Positions 1-10,128 of a DNA stretch of 64,000 bases are shown here, one piece after another. Both the position numbers and the translations under genes were made by a program. Numbering within the stretch: the stretch's first letter is position 1; the number at the start of each line of letters is the position of its first letter. The notes under the pieces are model-generated. The model was not told where the DNA came from. It worked only from the letters and a program-made list of their open reading frames with translations, and did no database searches. The stretch is taken from positions 10,054 through 74,053 of the forward strand of contig CAVRVI010000011.1 in the NCBI GenBank assembly GCA_963724635.1, in the 5' to 3' direction. The DNA is from an uncultured Chloroflexia bacterium (lineage in GTDB: Bacteria > Chloroflexota > Limnocylindria > Limnocylindrales > CSP1-4).

Positions 1-299
1 GAAGCTGCCCGACCTGCTCCAGCTGGCCGGCAACCTCGTGACGACCGACCTGCCCGTGGAGCGACTTCCCGACGCTCGCTGCCATCGCCGACGAGATCGG
101 CGACGACGCCGTGGTGCGCTCGGTCATCCGCCATCCCCTGGTGAAGTCCAAGTCCACCCAGTACGGGTCGTCGCTCATCCCGAACGTCAAGGCCATCCAG
201 GCCGTCGCCCACGATCTCTTCCCGGCGCCAGGCAAGGAACCCCAGCCGTGGCCGACCCCCAAGGCATCCGCCAAGCCGAAGGCCACCGCCAGTCCGTGA
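1..299 (+). pseudogene. 3' fragment of a secreted LytR/CpsA/Psr (LCP)-like protein; reading frame changes near nt 60-75 as sequenced
   Basis: Frame 2 reads KLPDLLQLAGNLVTTDLPVE. Frame 3 continues PTLAAIADEIGDDAVVRSVIRHPLVKSKSTQYGSSLIPNVKAIQAVAHDLFPAPG and stops at 297-299. The resemblance to the C-terminal part of LCP phosphotransferases is by eye only. The 5' end lies outside the window. Confidence 0.3.
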
Positions 300-333
300 C
301 ACGGGGCGGCATGCCCCTGTCGCCGGTCCGCGA

Positions 334-915
334 TCAGGGCGACGTGGTCCCCCATCGACCAGCCGGTGGCGACCACGCCGCGAAGGCCGCCAGCAGCGAC
401 GCGAGGTCGGTCGCGTCCAACAGCAGGCCGCGATGGGCGGGCGCGACGAACCCCTCGGCCACGGCGTGGTCCAGCCACGCGAGCAGTGCCGCCCAGTAGT
501 CGTCGACCGCGAGCAGGCCGATGGGCTTGGCATGGAGCTCGAGCTGCGCCCAGGACGTGACCTCGGCGAGCTCCTCGAGCGTGCCCAGACCGCCCGGCAG
601 CGTGATGAAGGCGTCGGCCAGCTCGGCCATGACGGCCTTGCGTTCGTGGAGCGTGGCGACGATCCGCAACTCGCTGATGCCGGGATGGGCCAGCTCGCGG
701 TCCACGAGGCCCTGCGGGATCACGCCGATCACGTCGCCGCCCGCGTCGAGCGCGGCGTCGGCCACGGCGCCCATCAGCCCGACCCGCCCGCCGCCGTACA
801 CGACGCCGATGCCCCGCTCAGCCAGGCCGCGCCCGACCGAGCGGGCGAGCTCCAGATACGCCGGATCGACCCCGGGGCTCGCCCCGCAGAAGACGCAGAT
901 CCGCCGGAGCGACAT
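334..915 (-). CDS. LOG family protein (TIGR00730-type lysine-decarboxylase-like / cytokinin riboside 5'-monophosphate phosphoribohydrolase family)
   Basis: 193 aa starting [15 protein letters not shown], with GGGRVGLMG and [10 protein letters not shown] motifs. ATG at 915-913. It is the C-terminal third of the artefactual 673-aa ORF 334..2355. Confidence 0.85.
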   Translation of the reverse strand: MSLRRICVFCGASPGVDPAYLELARSVGRGLAERGIGVVYGGGRVGLMGAVADAALDAGGDVIGVIPQGLVDRELAHPGISELRIVATLHERKAVMAELADAFITLPGGLGTLEELAEVTSWAQLELHAKPIGLLAVDDYWAALLAWLDHAVAEGFVAPAHRGLLLDATDLASLLAAFAAWSPPAGRWGTTSP

Positions 916-938
916 CGTCTCGGCCACGGCCGATCCCC

Positions 939-1578
939 TCAGAACCCGAGCGCCGCGAGCCGCGGCGCCATCCGTCGGGCGGCACGGGCTCGATGGGAGA
1001 TCGCGTGCTTCTCGGCCGGCGTCCACAGCCCCAGCGTCCGGCCGCCAGGCGGCTCGACCGCGGGCTCGAAGATCGGGTCGTACCCGAACCCACCAGTGCC
1101 GCGCGGCGCCGTGGCGATGCGGCCGCGGCATGTGCCACGCGTGTAGATGAGCGGCAGGCCGCCGCGCGCTCCCGACGCGCTCGGGCAGGGCGAGCGCCAA
1201 CACGCAGACGTAGCGGGCGCCACGGCGTCCTGACGGGAGGCCGGCGAGTTCGCGCAGGAGCTTCGCGTTGTTGTCGGCATCGGTGGCCGTCTCGCCGGCG
1301 TAGCGACGCGTCCGGACACCCGGTCCGCCATCGAGCGCGTCGACCTCCAGGCCGGAGTCGTCGGCCAGCGTGGGGAGACCCGTCAGACGCGCGGCGTAGC
1401 GGGCCTTGATCGCCGCGTTCGCGGCGAACGTCTCGCCATCCTCCACCGGGTCGTCGCTGACGCCGAGTTCGTCGAGCGAGACGAGCTCGCCACGCTCCAG
1501 GTGGAGCAGCTCGCGGAGTTCACGCAGCTTGTGCGTGGAATGGGTCGCCACGACCAGGCGCGGCCCGGTGGACGCCAC
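939..1578 (-). pseudogene. rdgB: RdgB/HAM1 non-canonical purine NTP pyrophosphatase, one frameshift near 1150-1170 as sequenced
   Basis: The N-terminal part ([17 protein letters not shown]...[23 protein letters not shown]) is in one frame. The C-terminal part ([26 protein letters not shown]...[11 protein letters not shown]) is in ORF 939..1331. The junction lies inside gggagcgcgcggcggcc. GTG start at 1578, 4 nt after the rph stop. Confidence 0.8.
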
Positions 1579-1580
1579 GG

Positions 1581-2319
1581 TCAGCGCTTGACCGTGGCCA
1601 GGACCTCGGCCTGGGCAGCGAACAGGCGGGCCAGGCCCTCGTCGGCGAGGTCGAGCATGGCGTTCGCGCCGGCGCGGTCGAACGGCTTGCCCTCGGCGGT
1701 CCCCTGCAGCTCCACGTACGTGCCGGCATCGGTGCCGACGACGTTGAAGTCCACCTCGGCGTGCGAATCCTCGCTGTAGTCGAGGTCGAGGAATCCCAGG
1801 CCGTTCACGATCCCGACCGACACCGCGGCCACATGCCCGGTGATGTGGCGCTCCATCCCGTACGTGATGAGTGCCGCCGCGAGGGCCGACGTAGCCGCCC
1901 GTGATCGACGCGGTCCGGGTGCCGCCGTCGGCCTGGAGCACGTCGCAGTCGACCGTGATGGTCCGTTCGCCGATCCGGCCGAGGTCCACGACGCCCCGCA
2001 GCGAGCGGCCGATGAGGCGCTGGATCTCGTGCGTCCGCCCGCCGATCCGCCCCTTGGCCGATTCGCGGTCGCTCCGCTCGGCCGTGGCCCGCGGCAGCAT
2101 CGAGTACTCGGCGGTGACCCAGCCCGTGCCCTTGCCGCGGAGATGCGGCGGGACGCGGTCCGCGATCGTCGCCGCGCAGAGCACCTGGGTGTCTCCGAAC
2201 GAGACGAGGCACGACCCCTCGGCCCATTTCTGGACCCCGAGCTTGAATCCGATGGGGCGCAGGTCGCGGGGGCCGCGGCCGTCCGCGCGGACGCTGGGCG
2301 GTCGATTGCCGAGGGTCAT
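1581..2319 (-). pseudogene. rph: Ribonuclease PH, one frameshift (extra G in gtcGgccctc) near 1885-1890 as sequenced
   Basis: The N-terminal part runs [15 protein letters not shown]...[18 protein letters not shown]...[21 protein letters not shown]. The C-terminal part ([18 protein letters not shown]...[12 protein letters not shown]) is in ORF 1581..1856. Removing one base restores [22 protein letters not shown] 2319 overlaps the mazG stop (ATGA). Confidence 0.85.
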
Positions 2320-3509
2320 GACGTCATCCTCTCCTCCGCCTTGGCGGTGTCCCACAAGGCGTCGAGCGCCTCGAAATCGAGATCGCGCAGGGCGACGCCG
2401 CGCTGCGCCGCCTGGCGTTCCACGCTACCGAAGCGCCGCCGGAACTTGGCGTTGGCCGCGCGGACGGCGGCCTCCGCATCGATGCCGCGCTTGCGCGCGA
2501 CGTTCACGAGCACGAACAGCAGGTCGCCGAATTCCTCGGCCCAGTGGGTGGCGTCGCCGCTCTCGGCGGCCTCGCGCAGCTCGTCGGTCTCCTCGACGAC
2601 CTTGTCGAGGACGCCCTCCAGGCTGGGCCAGTCGTAGCCGAGATGGGCGGCCCGCTCCTGCATCTCCTGGCTGGCGGCGAGGGCCGGGAGCGAGCGCGAG
2701 ATGCCGTCGAGGGCGCCCTTGGCCGCAGTGGTCGCATCACCATCGGCAGCGTCGGGGCCGTCCGCATCGGCCCGTTCCTGGGCCTTGATCCGTTCCCACT
2801 GCCGGTTGACATCGGACGCGGTACGCGCCTCCGCCTCCCCGAAGACGTGGGGATGGCGTCGGACGATCTTGGACCCGATCGCGGCCTGGACGTCGGTCAG
2901 ATCGAAGACGCCAGCCTCGGCGGCGAGCTGGGCGTGCAACACGACCTGGAGGAGCAGGTCGCCGAGTTCGCCGGCCAGCTCGGGGGTGGCCCCGGCTTCG
3001 AGGGCGTCGTAGACCTCGTAGGCCTCCTCGAGCAGGTGGCTGCGCAGCGACTCGTGGGTCTGCTCGCGGTCCCAGGGACAGCCGTCGGGCGCGCGCAGGC
3101 GATCGCTGATCCAGGGCATCGCCCACGGACCGGCCACGGCCAGCTCCGGCGCGATCGGCGCGAGGTAGAGCGGCGCCGCGAGGTCGGCCGTCGTCAGCTC
3201 CCCGATCGTGGTCGCGGCGCCCGTCCCGAACCGCCCGATCGGATGCTCCCCGGGGTACAGCCGCGCGAGCACGGCCAAGGGGTCACGTCCACGTGGGCCG
3301 TGGCGGCCCGGGAGGACGGCCGCGGGCGTCGTCGCGGGCGTCGTCGTGCTGGCGCGTGCCGGATCGAGCAGCGCCAGCGGCACGAGCAGGGCCGGCCGCG
3401 ACGCCTCCAGGGGCGTGCCGGTGAGCCGTTCCGTGGCGATGACCTGCAGGCCGGCTGCCGGGTCCAGCCCGAATCGGAGCCGCGCCTCGGTGACCAGCGC
3501 ATCGAGCAC
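2316..3509 (-). CDS. mazG: MazG-family nucleoside triphosphate pyrophosphohydrolase with a short YabN-like N-terminal region
   Basis: Tandem MazG motifs are present: [26 protein letters not shown], then a second repeat [26 protein letters not shown] and [15 protein letters not shown] start at 3509. Confidence 0.85.
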   Translation of the reverse strand: MLDALVTEARLRFGLDPAAGLQVIATERLTGTPLEASRPALLVPLALLDPARASTTTPATTPAAVLPGRHGPRGRDPLAVLARLYPGEHPIGRFGTGAATTIGELTTADLAAPLYLAPIAPELAVAGPWAMPWISDRLRAPDGCPWDREQTHESLRSHLLEEAYEVYDALEAGATPELAGELGDLLLQVVLHAQLAAEAGVFDLTDVQAAIGSKIVRRHPHVFGEAEARTASDVNRQWERIKAQERADADGPDAADGDATTAAKGALDGISRSLPALAASQEMQERAAHLGYDWPSLEGVLDKVVEETDELREAAESGDATHWAEEFGDLLFVLVNVARKRGIDAEAAVRAANAKFRRRFGSVERQAAQRGVALRDLDFEALDALWDTAKAEERMTS

Positions 3510-3521
3510 GGCGTCGGTCCC

Positions 3522-5261
3522 CTACCCGGTCGTCGCGCCGGTGATGGACTCGTCGCGCGTGATCGTCGCGCCTTCCTTCTTGGGGTCGTACCAGGCGGAC
3601 CAGGCGCGCGAGCGGATCTGCGACTCCTGTTGGGCGTTCGGGGCGCGCTCTTCCTCGGCACGGACGAGGAACAGGTACTGCCCGTCGTCGGCGATCTTGA
3701 CGATGTCCGAGGTCGTGCCGATCGGCGCGGCGAAGATCGGGTCCGTGAGCTCCTGCTGGAGCTGGTTCTTGGCGACCCAGCCGAGGGCTCCGCCCTGGTC
3801 GGCCTCCGCTCCCTCGGACACGTCGCGTGCGACCGACGCGAAGTCCTCGCCGCCGTCGATGCGCTTCTTGAGGTCCTCCATCTTGGGGGCGTGGTTGAGG
3901 ACCTGGACGATGTGGTAGCCGAACTCGGTCTTGATCGGGGCCAGGATCTGGCCGTCGGTGGCCTTGGCCGCGAGGATCGGATCGGAGAACGAGGGGACGA
4001 ACTGGCTGTCGGTGGACACGTACGAATCCAGGACGCCACCCGTGCCGTCGACGCCCTGGGCACTCTGCTCGTCGCTCTCCGCGCGGGCGATCGCGTCGAA
4101 CTGTTCGGGGTCCAGCTGGAGCTTGGCGTAGGCCGCGTCGGCATCGGCCTTGGCCTTGGTCCAGGCGGGATCGTCCGCGGGAACCTCGCCACCCTGGGCG
4201 GCGGCCGGGTCGTCGTTCGGGGAGTACAGGATGTGTCGGACCTTCACGGCCTCGGCCGGGAGGTCGAGGGTCGCCTGCGACAGGTAGATCTCCGAGGTGT
4301 CGCGCTGCGGCCCGCTCTTGAGGGCATCGGCGACGATCGAGTCCTCGAGCTTCTTGCGCACGACGTCGCCGCGGACCACCTCGCGGTACTTCGCGAGGTC
4401 GATGCCGTCGTTGACCAGCTTGTCCTGGTAGGCGCTTTCGACGGTCTCGTTGGCCACCTCGGTCACACGGCCGATGCGGAAGATGCCGTCTTCGCCCGGG
4501 ATGACTGCGGTCGGGGTGTTGGCCGCGGCGGCGTACAGCGCGGCGAGGAACGCCGGGTCCGCCTGGCTGTCGTCTTCCTGGATCCAGCCCAGATCGCCGC
4601 CTTGCGGGGCGGTCGAGGCGTCCGTGGAGACGGTCTTGGCCACATCGGCCCAGGCCTTGCCACCCTGGAGGTCCTTGAGCGCCGTCTCCGCCTTGGTCTT
4701 GGCCGCGGCCACCTGGGCGGCGGTCGGCTCGGCCGCACCGGGGCTGGTCTCGGGGGCGACCTCGATGACCCAGCCGTGGCGCGAGGCCGGCGTCGTGGCC
4801 TCCTCGGTGAGCCGGGCATCGATATCGGCGTCGGTCACGGTCACGCCCTGCTGGCCGGCGAGGGCAGCCTGCAGGCGGTTGTCGATCAGCCGCTCCAGCG
4901 AGATCGGCACGAGCTGGTTCAGCTGCTGCGTGATGATCTGGTTCTGGGTATCGGCCTGGGCCTGGGTGAGACGGCCGGCCACGGTCAGCGTGCTGACCCG
5001 TCGCTTGGCCTCGTCGAGGCGCCATTGCTCGATCGTGACCCGATCGCGCAGCTCGGACTTCGAGATGGACTGGCCGTCCACGCTGCCGACCGAGGCGAGG
5101 TTCTCGTTGTAGAAGTTCGCGGCGACCGCGATCAGGAGGATCGCGACGGCGGCGACGACGACGAGGCCGAAGCCGAGGTTGAGGTAGAAATTGCGTCGGT
5201 CGCGGCTCTCCCACGAGTGTTTCGGGGCACGCTTCACGACGGGCTTGGCACGGAAGGTCAT
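3522..5261 (-). CDS. Membrane-anchored parvulin-type peptidyl-prolyl isomerase (SurA/PrsA-like)
   Basis: N-terminal TM segment (NFYLNLGFGLVVVAAVAILLIAVAANF), SurA-N-like helical region, and a PpiC domain (VRHILYS...EFGYHIVQVLNH). ATG at 5261 chosen over the upstream ORF start at 5426. Confidence 0.8.
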   Translation of the reverse strand: MTFRAKPVVKRAPKHSWESRDRRNFYLNLGFGLVVVAAVAILLIAVAANFYNENLASVGSVDGQSISKSELRDRVTIEQWRLDEAKRRVSTLTVAGRLTQAQADTQNQIITQQLNQLVPISLERLIDNRLQAALAGQQGVTVTDADIDARLTEEATTPASRHGWVIEVAPETSPGAAEPTAAQVAAAKTKAETALKDLQGGKAWADVAKTVSTDASTAPQGGDLGWIQEDDSQADPAFLAALYAAAANTPTAVIPGEDGIFRIGRVTEVANETVESAYQDKLVNDGIDLAKYREVVRGDVVRKKLEDSIVADALKSGPQRDTSEIYLSQATLDLPAEAVKVRHILYSPNDDPAAAQGGEVPADDPAWTKAKADADAAYAKLQLDPEQFDAIARAESDEQSAQGVDGTGGVLDSYVSTDSQFVPSFSDPILAAKATDGQILAPIKTEFGYHIVQVLNHAPKMEDLKKRIDGGEDFASVARDVSEGAEADQGGALGWVAKNQLQQELTDPIFAAPIGTTSDIVKIADDGQYLFLVRAEEERAPNAQQESQIRSRAWSAWYDPKKEGATITRDESITGATTG

Positions 5262-5385
5262 CGGCGTTCGTGGATCCTGTGACAGGGTGGACGAGGCCGG
5301 CTGGGCGTGCCGGACGTGGACGGGAAGGGCGGTATCGTACAACGACCTCGCGCGAGACCACGCGCGCGCGGGCCTGCCGCGCGCG

Positions 5386-6579
5386 TCAGTCGGCGGCGCG
5401 GTGGGGGCGCGGCGGCGTGCCCGCAAGCGCGGGCTGGACGACCTGCGTCACGAACCGCTCGGTCGCATGGCCGTCCGCCACGTCGAACGCCCATGTGCGG
5501 AAGGCCTCGATCCGCGCTCGGTCGATCGTGCCGGCCCGCAGGTAGTCGGCGACCGCCTCGGTCGTCTCGAAGACCGGGCCGGGGACGCCACTGCGATAGT
5601 CGAAGTAGAACCCGCGCTCGCCTTCATAGGCCTCCAGGTCCGGGGCGAAGAACAGCATCGGGCGATGAAGCAGCGCGTACTCGAAGATGACGCTCGAGTA
5701 GTCGGTGACGAGGGCGTCGCTCGCGAGGAGCAGGTCGTTGATCTCGGGATGGTCGCTCGCATCGATCGCGAACCCGGCCAGCTCCGGCGCGATGGCGACA
5801 CCGGCGCGCACGAACGGATGCAGCCGAAGCAGCAGGACATGGTCGTCGCCGAGTCGGTCACGCAGCCGCTGCAGGTCAAGCATGGGGCCGGCGACGGCAC
5901 TCCCCACGCTGTCGCCGCGGAACGTCGGGGCGTACAGGATCACGCGCCGGTCCGCGGCGATGCCGTAGTGCGCCCGGACCGCCGCACTCGTGCGGGCGAT
6001 CGCCGCCTCGTCGAAGAGCGCATCGGTTCGCGGGATCCCGAGCTCCGTCCAGAAGCGCTCGACCGGCTGCCCGAAGGCCTCGGCATAGAACACGGCGCCG
6101 GCCTTCGAGCCGACCAGGCAGATGTCGTAGTTGCTGTGGATGCGGACCTGCCGCGTGAGCGCCTCGGTCGCCCCGAACGACTTGTCCAGGACGCTGTACC
6201 CGAACTTCTTGAACGCCCCCGAGGCGTGCCACGTCTGGACGATGGTGGTGCCGGTCCGCGGCTGCACCACGTACAGCGGGAAGTAGTAGTCATCCACGAT
6301 GAACAGCCGCGCCGTGGCGAGGTGGTAGCCGGCCACCGCCGCACTCCACAGCGCGCGGATCCGACCCTGCCAGTCGCCGCGCGAGGCGTGCGCCAGGACG
6401 ACGACCGGGATCGGTGGGTCGGCGGCCAGCAGCGCATCGCGGATGACCACGAGGTTGCCCCGCAGAGCGCCGTCATGCGCGGTGGCCAGGACCACTCGCC
6501 GGCGGAGCGGCAGGAACCGGGCGAGCCGGAACGTCACCCGCACGACGAGCGCGCGGATCCGCACGATCACGGAGTTCAA
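5386..6579 (-). CDS. CDP-glycerol/CDP-alditol phosphotransferase, TagF family, short form (TagB/TarF-like size, 397 aa)
   Basis: Family motifs: IVDDYYFPLY, VQTWHASGAFKKFGY, ILYAPTFRG, LVTDYSSVIFEYALLHRPMLFFAPDLEAYEGERGFYFDY. The TTG/GTG start overlaps the upstream stop. Confidence 0.85.
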   Translation of the reverse strand: MNSVIVRIRALVVRVTFRLARFLPLRRRVVLATAHDGALRGNLVVIRDALLAADPPIPVVVLAHASRGDWQGRIRALWSAAVAGYHLATARLFIVDDYYFPLYVVQPRTGTTIVQTWHASGAFKKFGYSVLDKSFGATEALTRQVRIHSNYDICLVGSKAGAVFYAEAFGQPVERFWTELGIPRTDALFDEAAIARTSAAVRAHYGIAADRRVILYAPTFRGDSVGSAVAGPMLDLQRLRDRLGDDHVLLLRLHPFVRAGVAIAPELAGFAIDASDHPEINDLLLASDALVTDYSSVIFEYALLHRPMLFFAPDLEAYEGERGFYFDYRSGVPGPVFETTEAVADYLRAGTIDRARIEAFRTWAFDVADGHATERFVTQVVQPALAGTPPRPHRAAD

Positions 6580-8213
6580 CGGGCGAGGACCAGCTCGTCG
6601 ATGATGCGGTCCGTCGCGTGCCCGTCGAGGTGGGCGAAATGGGCAGCCACGAACGCCCGGACCTTCTCGACGTCGTAGTCCTCGCGCCGTATGGCGTCCA
6701 GGAGTTCCTCGGACGTCCGCACGATGCGACCTGGGACGAAGGCCTCGAAGGGCACGTAGAAATCGCGCTCGGCGATGTACTCGTCGAGGTCGTACGCATA
6801 GAACAGCATCGGTCGCTCCAGGACGGAGTACTCGAAGACGATCGAGGAGTAGTCGGTGATCAGCAGGTCCACCGCGAACAGCAGGTCGTTCACGTCCAGC
6901 GTGGTCCGCGTGCCGTCGACCAGGCGATCGTTGTAGGGGGCGGGGATCGGGACGGCAGCCGTCACGAACGGGTGCATCTTGAAGAGCACGACCGCGTCAC
7001 GCTCCGCGGCCAGCGCGTGGAGTCCGGCGAAGTCGATCCGGTCCATCGCATACGTGGCGGCACGAGCGCGACCGCGATAGGTGGGCGCGAACAGCCAGAC
7101 GAGATGGTCGGCGATCATCGGGAACGCGGCGAGCGCGGCTGCCCGACCGACGGATCGCGACCGTTCGTCGAAGAATCGGTCCATGCGCGGGATGCCGATC
7201 GGGACGAGGCGCGACTCCGGGATCCCGAACGCTTCCGCGTAGAACGGGGCGTCGTGGTCCGAGCTCACGACCGCGTGCGTGTATTCGCGGTGGACGTGGG
7301 CATACGGGTCCGGGGCGTCGGGCTGGCTGGGTCGGCTGAATCCGACGGTCTTGAACGCCCCCGACGCGTGCCACAGCTGGATGAATCGCACATCGGGGTC
7401 GTAGCCGAGGCCGTAGACGGCGCGCTGGCGCGAACCCGCCACGAGGATCGCCTCCGCCCCCAGGAGGAGCCGGGCCGATCGCCAGCGGGCGCGCAGTCGG
7501 TCCAGTGGTCCGCCTGGGGTTCGGATACCGAGTCGGACCAGCTCGTAGTCGGCGTCGAGGCCCCGTTCGATCATCCGATCGCGGACGACCTGCAGGTTCC
7601 CGGTCAGGCTCGCCCTCCCGGCGGAGGCGAAGACGATCCGGCGACCGGTCCGGTGCGTCGTCCGACGGGCCGCGGCCACGGTCGCACGACGGGCCGACCG
7701 GATCACCGCCTGCTTGACCTCGATGGCCTGCCGTCGCCCGACCCGCCAGAACGGCCAGTGTCGCGGGATCCGTCCGTCGAACGGATCCGTGGCGATCGTG
7801 ACGGTCAGCTCCCCTCGATCGGCGTCGAACGCTGCGGTCGCGTCGTACCGGAGGTGCGTCAAACGGAACGAGGTCGTGACCGGGGTGCGGGTCGCGTCCG
7901 TGACGCCCAGACGGACCGGCCTCGACCGGCCAGCGAGGCTTTCGGTCAACGTCCATCGACCGCGATCGAGCGGGTGCCGTCCGGACCCACGGATGACGTT
8001 GAAGCGCAATGACACTCGGTCACCGATGCGATCCTCGGCCATCGGTTCGACCGCCTCGGCCGACCGCCGACCGTTCCGCGTCAGGCGCAGGCTTCGCGGC
8101 GACGATCGGGCGTCCGCTGCCTCCTGGATGGCGACGAGCAGCTGCACCCGCTGCCACTCCAATCCGACGAGGCGCCGCGGTGGACTCGGTTCGCGAACGA
8201 CCGGGCCGTTCAT
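6576..8213 (-). CDS. TagF-family phosphotransferase, long form (545 aa; about 200-aa N-terminal domain plus catalytic domain), TarK/TarL-like architecture
   Basis: IQLWHASGAFKTVGFS, LFAPTYRG, LITDYSSIVFEYSVLERPMLFYAYDLDEYIAERDFYVPFE. ATG at 8213 overlaps the stop of the upstream paralogue (ATGA). The rest of ORF 6576..10640 is read-through. Confidence 0.85.
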   Translation of the reverse strand: MNGPVVREPSPPRRLVGLEWQRVQLLVAIQEAADARSSPRSLRLTRNGRRSAEAVEPMAEDRIGDRVSLRFNVIRGSGRHPLDRGRWTLTESLAGRSRPVRLGVTDATRTPVTTSFRLTHLRYDATAAFDADRGELTVTIATDPFDGRIPRHWPFWRVGRRQAIEVKQAVIRSARRATVAAARRTTHRTGRRIVFASAGRASLTGNLQVVRDRMIERGLDADYELVRLGIRTPGGPLDRLRARWRSARLLLGAEAILVAGSRQRAVYGLGYDPDVRFIQLWHASGAFKTVGFSRPSQPDAPDPYAHVHREYTHAVVSSDHDAPFYAEAFGIPESRLVPIGIPRMDRFFDERSRSVGRAAALAAFPMIADHLVWLFAPTYRGRARAATYAMDRIDFAGLHALAAERDAVVLFKMHPFVTAAVPIPAPYNDRLVDGTRTTLDVNDLLFAVDLLITDYSSIVFEYSVLERPMLFYAYDLDEYIAERDFYVPFEAFVPGRIVRTSEELLDAIRREDYDVEKVRAFVAAHFAHLDGHATDRIIDELVLAR

Positions 8214-10030
8214 CTCTCGACGACGAGCTCGTCGATCACCCGGTCGGTCGAGGTCCCATCCAGGTGGTCGAAGTGGCGCCTGGCGAAGGCATCGACCAGT
8301 TCGGCCCCAAGATCGTGCCGTCGGATGGCGTCCAGCAGCTCGTCCGAGGTGCGCACGATGCGACCGGGCACGAACGCCTCGAACGGGACGTAGAAGTCGC
8401 GTTCGGCGATGTACGCATCGAGGTCGTAGGCGTAGAACAGCATGGGCCGCCCGAGGGTGGAGAACTCGAACACGATCGACGAATAGTCGGTGACGAGCAG
8501 GTCCACCACGAACAATAGGTCGTTGACGTCTATGGGCGTCGCGGTCCCATCGATCAATCGGTCCGTGAGCGCCTCGGGGATCGGCAGCGGCTCGCGCACG
8601 AACGGGTGCATCTTGAAGATCACCACGGCGTCCTGCTCGAGCGCGAGTGCGTGCAGGCCGGCGAAGTCGATCTGCTCCGCGGGATAGGTCGCAGTGCGCG
8701 GATCGCCGCGGAAGGTCGGGGCGAACAGGATCACAGAACGTCCCGTCGCTGCCGGGAAGGCGGCCAGCGCGGCGGCGCGGCCCGCTGCTCGCGCGGCCTC
8801 GTCGAAGAACCGATCCATGCGCGGGATCCCGGTCGGGACGACACGCGCCTCCGGTATCCCGAACGCCTCCGCGTAGAACGGCACGTCGTGGTCCGAACTC
8901 ACGATGGCGTGGGTGTAGTTCTTGTGGATCCGCGAGTACGGACTGGGCCCGCCGGGCTTGCCGACCCGGCTGTAGCCGACCGTCTTGAAGGCCCCGGATG
9001 CGTGCCACAGCTGGACGATCCGGACCTCCGGGTCGTCGATGCGATAGACGACCGGGATGTAGTCGTCCACGAGGACCACGTCCGCCGTGGCGAGCAACCA
9101 GGGCATCCGGAACCGGTCGCGGAAGCTCCGATGGTCGGCGATGCTTGGCTTGAAGAGCGTGATCATGTCGTAGTGCCGGTCCAGGCCGCGCTCCACCATC
9201 CGGTCCCAGACGACCTGCAGGTTGCCACCCAGGTCCGCCCGCGAATCGGAGGCGAACAGGACGCGCCGACCGGTCCGTCGAGCGACGCGCCGAGCCACCC
9301 GGTAGGCGGCCCGAAAGACGGCGCGGCGGGATCGACTGATCAGCCGGCGGACGACGCGCTCGGGGCCGCTGGCCGCACCCGTGCGGCGGCGCGCGGCGAT
9401 CTCGGTCGGGTCGACCAGATCGAGGGTCACGTCCAGCCACAGGGCGCTGTCGACCGGATCGACCGACGGGACGACGGTGTACTCGCCGCGGGCCAGCGAG
9501 AAGCGACCGGTGAGCGCCTCGCGATCGAGTGGCCCGCTGCGGACGACCAGCGGCCCGCCGCGGACCTCCAGGCGCCAGCGGCCGGGGTCCAGCGGCATCT
9601 GCTCGGGGCCGGTCATCACGTTCAGCCGCAGGTAGAGCTCGTCGCCGTCGAGGCGCACCCGCGTCGGCGTCATCACGGTCATGGGCCCGCCCGGTTCCAC
9701 GGCTCCATGGACCTGCTGGAGTCGGATGGCGGCGAGGTCCAATGGCACACCGGACGTGTCCACCCGGGCCCGGATCACGACCTGGATCCGCTCCCAGGTG
9801 AGCGTCCGGATGTCGATCTGCGGGGCCGTCCCATGAGGCCGCGCGAACGGCGAAGCGCCCACGGACGGACGCGTGGCCGGGTCGGGTGCCGTCTGCCCGG
9901 CCTGCCCGGCGTCGGTCGCCGACGGGCGCGCGGACCCGGTCGTCGGGTGGGTCTCGGGCGTCGTCGTCGACTCGTCCATGCGCGTGCCGGTGTCCGTGGG
10001 ATCGTCCTCCGTCGGGGCCGCGGGCATCAT
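8210..10030 (-). CDS. TagF-family phosphotransferase, long form (606 aa), tandem paralogue of 6576..8213
   Basis: VQLWHASGAFKTVGYS, LFAPTFRG, LVTDYSSIVFEFSTLGRPMLFYAYDLDAYIAERDFYVPFE. The catalytic domain matches its neighbour at most positions by eye. The first ~70 aa are disordered and T/P-rich. Confidence 0.85.
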   Translation of the reverse strand: MMPAAPTEDDPTDTGTRMDESTTTPETHPTTGSARPSATDAGQAGQTAPDPATRPSVGASPFARPHGTAPQIDIRTLTWERIQVVIRARVDTSGVPLDLAAIRLQQVHGAVEPGGPMTVMTPTRVRLDGDELYLRLNVMTGPEQMPLDPGRWRLEVRGGPLVVRSGPLDREALTGRFSLARGEYTVVPSVDPVDSALWLDVTLDLVDPTEIAARRRTGAASGPERVVRRLISRSRRAVFRAAYRVARRVARRTGRRVLFASDSRADLGGNLQVVWDRMVERGLDRHYDMITLFKPSIADHRSFRDRFRMPWLLATADVVLVDDYIPVVYRIDDPEVRIVQLWHASGAFKTVGYSRVGKPGGPSPYSRIHKNYTHAIVSSDHDVPFYAEAFGIPEARVVPTGIPRMDRFFDEAARAAGRAAALAAFPAATGRSVILFAPTFRGDPRTATYPAEQIDFAGLHALALEQDAVVIFKMHPFVREPLPIPEALTDRLIDGTATPIDVNDLLFVVDLLVTDYSSIVFEFSTLGRPMLFYAYDLDAYIAERDFYVPFEAFVPGRIVRTSDELLDAIRRHDLGAELVDAFARRHFDHLDGTSTDRVIDELVVER

Positions 10031-10128
10031 AGGGTCTCGGTCCGACGAGTGCGGTCGGGCGGACCCGCGCGTATCCTGTCGAGCACGGTCCGTGACGCCA
10101 CGACCGCCAGTGGACGACCCGAGGATCG

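Noticed and set aside
334-2355. A single 673-aa ORF on the minus strand.
   Set aside because: The translation is a concatenation of RNase PH (N-terminal part), out-of-frame Arg/Gly/Pro-rich read-through, part of RdgB, more read-through, and a complete LOG-family protein. It represents three genes, not one fusion.
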